DNA of 64,000 nucleotides from the NCBI GenBank assembly GCA_951406725.2, contig OX597835.1, forward strand, positions 43,772,001 to 43,836,000. Reading direction: 5' to 3'. Each line of letters begins with the position of its first letter. Within the stretch, counting starts at the first letter, position 1. The DNA is from Octopus vulgaris (taxonomy: Eukaryota). Shown here in pieces: positions 58,897-64,000 of this stretch. A model generated the notes under the pieces. It did no database searches and was not told where the DNA came from. It worked only from the letters and a program-made list of their open reading frames with translations. Both the position numbers and the translations under genes were made by a program.

Positions 58897-59029
58897 ACAT
58901 CGAAAAATACCTTACGAATGAAAACCCAAGACACCTGATGAAGGCTGGAGGATATATCAACCGAAATGTTGTGTTAACAACAAACAAGATCAGGACAAAT
59001 ATCCGTCAAATGTAAATAATGTAAATAAT
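58897..59029 (+). mobile_element. Inverted partial copy of the hammerhead tail (motif at 58930-58975)
   Basis: gacac-CTGATGA-aggctg...caacc-GAAA-tgTT-gtgtt; reverse complement of ~58081-58231. Confidence 0.85.
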
Positions 59030-59604
59030 GGTCATAAATTTGTTTATAACACGATAAATTCTTTCTTAACGGATAGCTTCTTGATTAAATGAAATTTTCT
59101 TTTCTTCCAGGGAATTTAGAACTATCGCTTGATGGCCATTGGAACAAAATCTCAATAAGAAGGGATAATAATTTAAGGAATCAAGAATTCTACTTGAAAT
59201 TCTGCTAAGAAGAAGCCAGTGACTATGCCTGAAGACATGAGGACAGCTGATAGCCGGTGTTTCCAGTTCAATCGGCGTGACCAGCACAGCGGTCAGCCAA
59301 CCTTGTGTCCACAAGGACGCGATACTTAGAAGACATGAACAAAATACACACGTGAATACATATGTAGTTACATATACATACATGCGCACGCACATACATA
59401 CATACATACATACATACATACATACATACATACATACATACATACATACATGCATACATACAAACGTACATAAAATATATATACACATATACACATATTT
59501 TTATACATTTAGATACATACAAGTGCGTATGTAAGCATATATGTATGTATGTGTATGTGTGTATGTGTGCGTGTGTGTGTTTGAATCTGTCTTTATATAT
59601 ATCC

Positions 59605-59659
<55 letters not shown>

Positions 59660-59751
59660 TACACACATGCTTATATGCAAATATATTAAATACATATACT
59701 ATATAAGTATAATTATAAAATATATTATTTATATTATATCATATATAAACA

Positions 59752-59782
<31 letters not shown>

Positions 59783-59829
59783 AGCAAGCTATATATACGC
59801 AGCCACCTATATATCTATCTATCTATATA

Positions 59830-59976
<147 letters not shown>

Positions 59977-59978
59977 TA

Positions 59979-60329
59979 GGCTCAAGGGTGGCTGTGTGGT
60001 AATTAGCTTGCTTACCAACCACATGGTTCCAGGTTCAGTCCCACTGCATGGTACCTTTTGCAAGTATCTTCTACTGTAGCCTTTGGCCAAGCGGATTTGG
60101 TATATATATGTATATATGCGTATATGTTCGTGGGTCTGTCCCCCACAGTATCGCCGGTCAACTGATGTTGGTATGTTTACGTCCCCGTCAGCTAGCGGTT
60201 CGGCAAAAGCGACCGATAGAATAAGTACTAGACTTACAAAAAATAAGTCCTGGGGTCGATTTGTTCGACTAAAGACAGTGCTTCAGCATGGCCGCAGTCA
60301 AATGACTGAAACGAATAAAAGAATAAAAG
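59979..60329 (+). mobile_element. SINE family A
   Basis: Head and tail match 13048-13517. Confidence 0.85.
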
Positions 60330-60769
60330 TATTCATGCATACATACGTTGATAAATACACACATATACCTTCCAGCCATGACTTTCTGTGCTACTCACAA
60401 GCTATTGCTCAACTTGTTTAGTAAATTAATCTTGCATTTGATACGATGCAACAGGATTGAAACCAGCTCCAGGCTGATGTGCAGCAAGCTTCTTAACCGT
60501 GTGGCTTCTGCTAACTGTATTCTGTGCATCGATCTATCACGTCCTACGGGACTCATAAAACCAGAGCTTCACCCGGTTTCCATAACATGTAAGTGGCTGA
60601 TATGCCCGTCCGTCGCAGGGTAACAACTCAATGGATTGAAGCGACGTGAAATGAAATGCTTTGCTAAAGAATATACAACATCGCCCGCTCCGAGAATCGA
60701 AACCACGACCTTGCGGTGGCAAGTGCAACACCCTAACCACCAGGCCACGCACTATCATTTTGTAACGCT

Positions 60770-61165
60770 GCCTTTCTACAATATGCACAAAGCCTGAAAT
60801 TTGGGGGAGGGGCCCAGTAGATTACAGCGACCCCAGTGTTTCACTGATACTTAATTCATCTTGATCGAACGGATGAAAAGGAAAGTCGACTTCGGTGGAA
60901 TTTGAACTCAGAACGTAAAGATAGACGAAATACCTATTTCTTTACTACTCACAAGGGGCTAAACACAGAGAGAACAAACAAGGACAGACAAACAAATTAA
61001 GTCGATTACATCGGCCCCAGTGCGTAACTGGTGCTTGATTTATCGACCCCGAAAGGATGAAAGGCAATATCAACCTCGGCGGAATTTGAATTCGGAACGT
61101 AACGGCAGACGAAATAAGGCTACGCATTTCGCCCGGCGTGCTAACGATTCTCCTAATTCGCCGCC
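60770..61165 (-). mobile_element. SINE family B, one head plus two body units
   Basis: Same architecture as 52090-52476. Confidence 0.85.
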
Positions 61166-61189
61166 TTAAATTAAAAAAAAAGTGGGGTT

Positions 61190-61261
61190 CAGTACGCATG
61201 GGATTCGAACGCACACCTCTTAAATTCGTAGTAAGTGTGCTAGCCATTGCACCAACTTACC
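61190..61261 (-). pseudogene. Degenerate tRNA-like sequence (Arg-ACG-like) followed by an oligo-T run
   Basis: D stem gtgc/gcac, ctACGaa, gttcgaatcc; mismatches in acceptor, anticodon and T stems. Confidence 0.5.
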
Positions 61262-61548
61262 TCCTACTACCATTTTGCCATGATAAGCTCTTTAATATTA
61301 TCTAAAGTAAATCTGGCTTTGTGGATTTCTCAGGAATAAATAGAAAAATGAAGCCTGTCTGTTTATATTAAGGGTTCAATGCCTTCACCGTTGGACCAGG
61401 CACCTTCACCGTATTCTGTTGTAATCATTTGACGAAGCAGAATATTCCAGAAGGTACCATTGGTGCGTGTATTGGATTTCTGCATCCGTGGTGGTGATGA
61501 ACGAGGGACGGGTGGAGACGAAGCGACGAGGTTTTAACATCAGAAGAA

Positions 61549-61604
<56 letters not shown>

Positions 61605-62249
61605 ACACACACACAGACACATACACACGCACACACACAACATGAAATATGAGCGATTGTGTATGCATGTGTGAGATTGCCTCAGCGCGTGTATGTGTGT
61701 ATGGTGTGTGTGTGTGTGTGTGTATGTGTGTGTGTATGGTGTATGTGAGTGTGTATGTGTGTATGTGTTTGTGTGTGTATGTGTGTGTGTGTGTATGGTG
61801 TATGTGAGTGTGTGTGTGTGTATGTGTGTGTGTGTTGTGTGTGTGTGTGTATGTGTGTGTGTGTGTGTGTGTGGTGTGTATGTGAGTGTGTGTGCGTGTA
61901 TGTATGTGTGTGTGTATGTGTGTGTGTGTGTATGGTGTATGTGAGTGTGTGTGTGTATATGTGTGTGTGTATATATGTGTGTGTGTGTATGTGTGTGTGT
62001 GTGTGTGTGTGTGTTCGTGCGCAATTTGCCGTTTATTGCAAATTGATTTACTTCCAATGGAGGAAAACATCTATGATGTACGTGACCAGGATTAACAGAC
62101 ATCTATAAAACTGACTCTCCATGTAGAATCTCATTTCCTCGTTCTGTAGACTCTCTTCCATAACATCTTAATTATCTCCCCTCTTCGACTCCCCGCATTT
62201 CTCTCCCTCTGTTTGTCGGTCAGTCTGTCTGTCAGCTTGTGTATCTATG

Positions 62250-62328
<79 letters not shown>

Positions 62329-62371
62329 GTCTGCCAGTCCGTCTGTCTGCCTCTCTCTCTCTATCTGTCTA

Positions 62372-62460
<89 letters not shown>

Positions 62461-62511
62461 GTCTGTCAGTCTGGCTGTCCGTCTGTCTGCCTCTCTCTCT
62501 CTCTCTGTCTA

Positions 62512-62686
<175 letters not shown>

Positions 62687-63037
62687 TTCTCGTTATAAAA
62701 CTCTCTCTTCTCTCATATCTTTCTCCCCCACCCCCACCCCCAACCAACATCCGTCACCAACGCTCTTTTTACATCACAATAAATTTTCTCCATCTCTCAT
62801 CGCCTACCTACCTCCCAACCCTCTATCTCTCCTCCCCCTCTCCCTCTAACACATTATATCAAACTACATTTCGTTTTCGACGCCATTTTCTTTTAATCAT
62901 TCTCTCTATCTTTAACACTATCAGCTTGTGTTTCCTATTCTCTACATATCTCTTATTGCACATTCTACAATTTATTCGAAATTACTTAAAACGGCTCCAT
63001 GTTTTCTCCCATATTATTCTTGTCATAATTTTTGTTA

Positions 63038-64000
<963 letters not shown>

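Noticed and set aside
59090-59340. Second HERO-like 3' end
   Set aside because: Only a decayed RSQ*LCLK resemblance; too weak to call.
61190-61261. Functional tRNA gene
   Set aside because: Mismatches in three stems and an ambiguous anticodon loop; kept only as a pseudo-tRNA.

Overview
AT-rich, microsatellite-saturated eukaryotic DNA with no recognisable host protein-coding exon. Nearly all long ORFs in the track are translated simple repeats. The repeat content (tRNA-headed SINEs, (TA)n/(TAA)n/(TATC)n arrays) suggests intronic or intergenic DNA of a coleoid cephalopod, probably Octopus; this is inference, not a database match. Identifiable parts: an internally deleted DD34D mariner; several tRNA-derived SINE families (~30 copies, many with TSDs); fragments of restriction-like-endonuclease (RLE) non-LTR retrotransposons sitting in (TAA)n or (TACA)n arrays; CR1-like LINE 3' ends sharing a tail with one SINE family; a Penelope-like element with a GIY-YIG C-terminus; MITEs and long palindromes. 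Most notable are seven minimal type I hammerhead-ribozyme motifs from three repeat families. One family joins a tRNA-like Pol III head, an (AAT)n linker and a hammerhead-bearing tail and has a Penelope-style inverted partial copy, making it a candidate ribozyme-carrying SINE mobilised by Penelope-like elements. Family names and folds were assigned by eye; boundaries are approximate.
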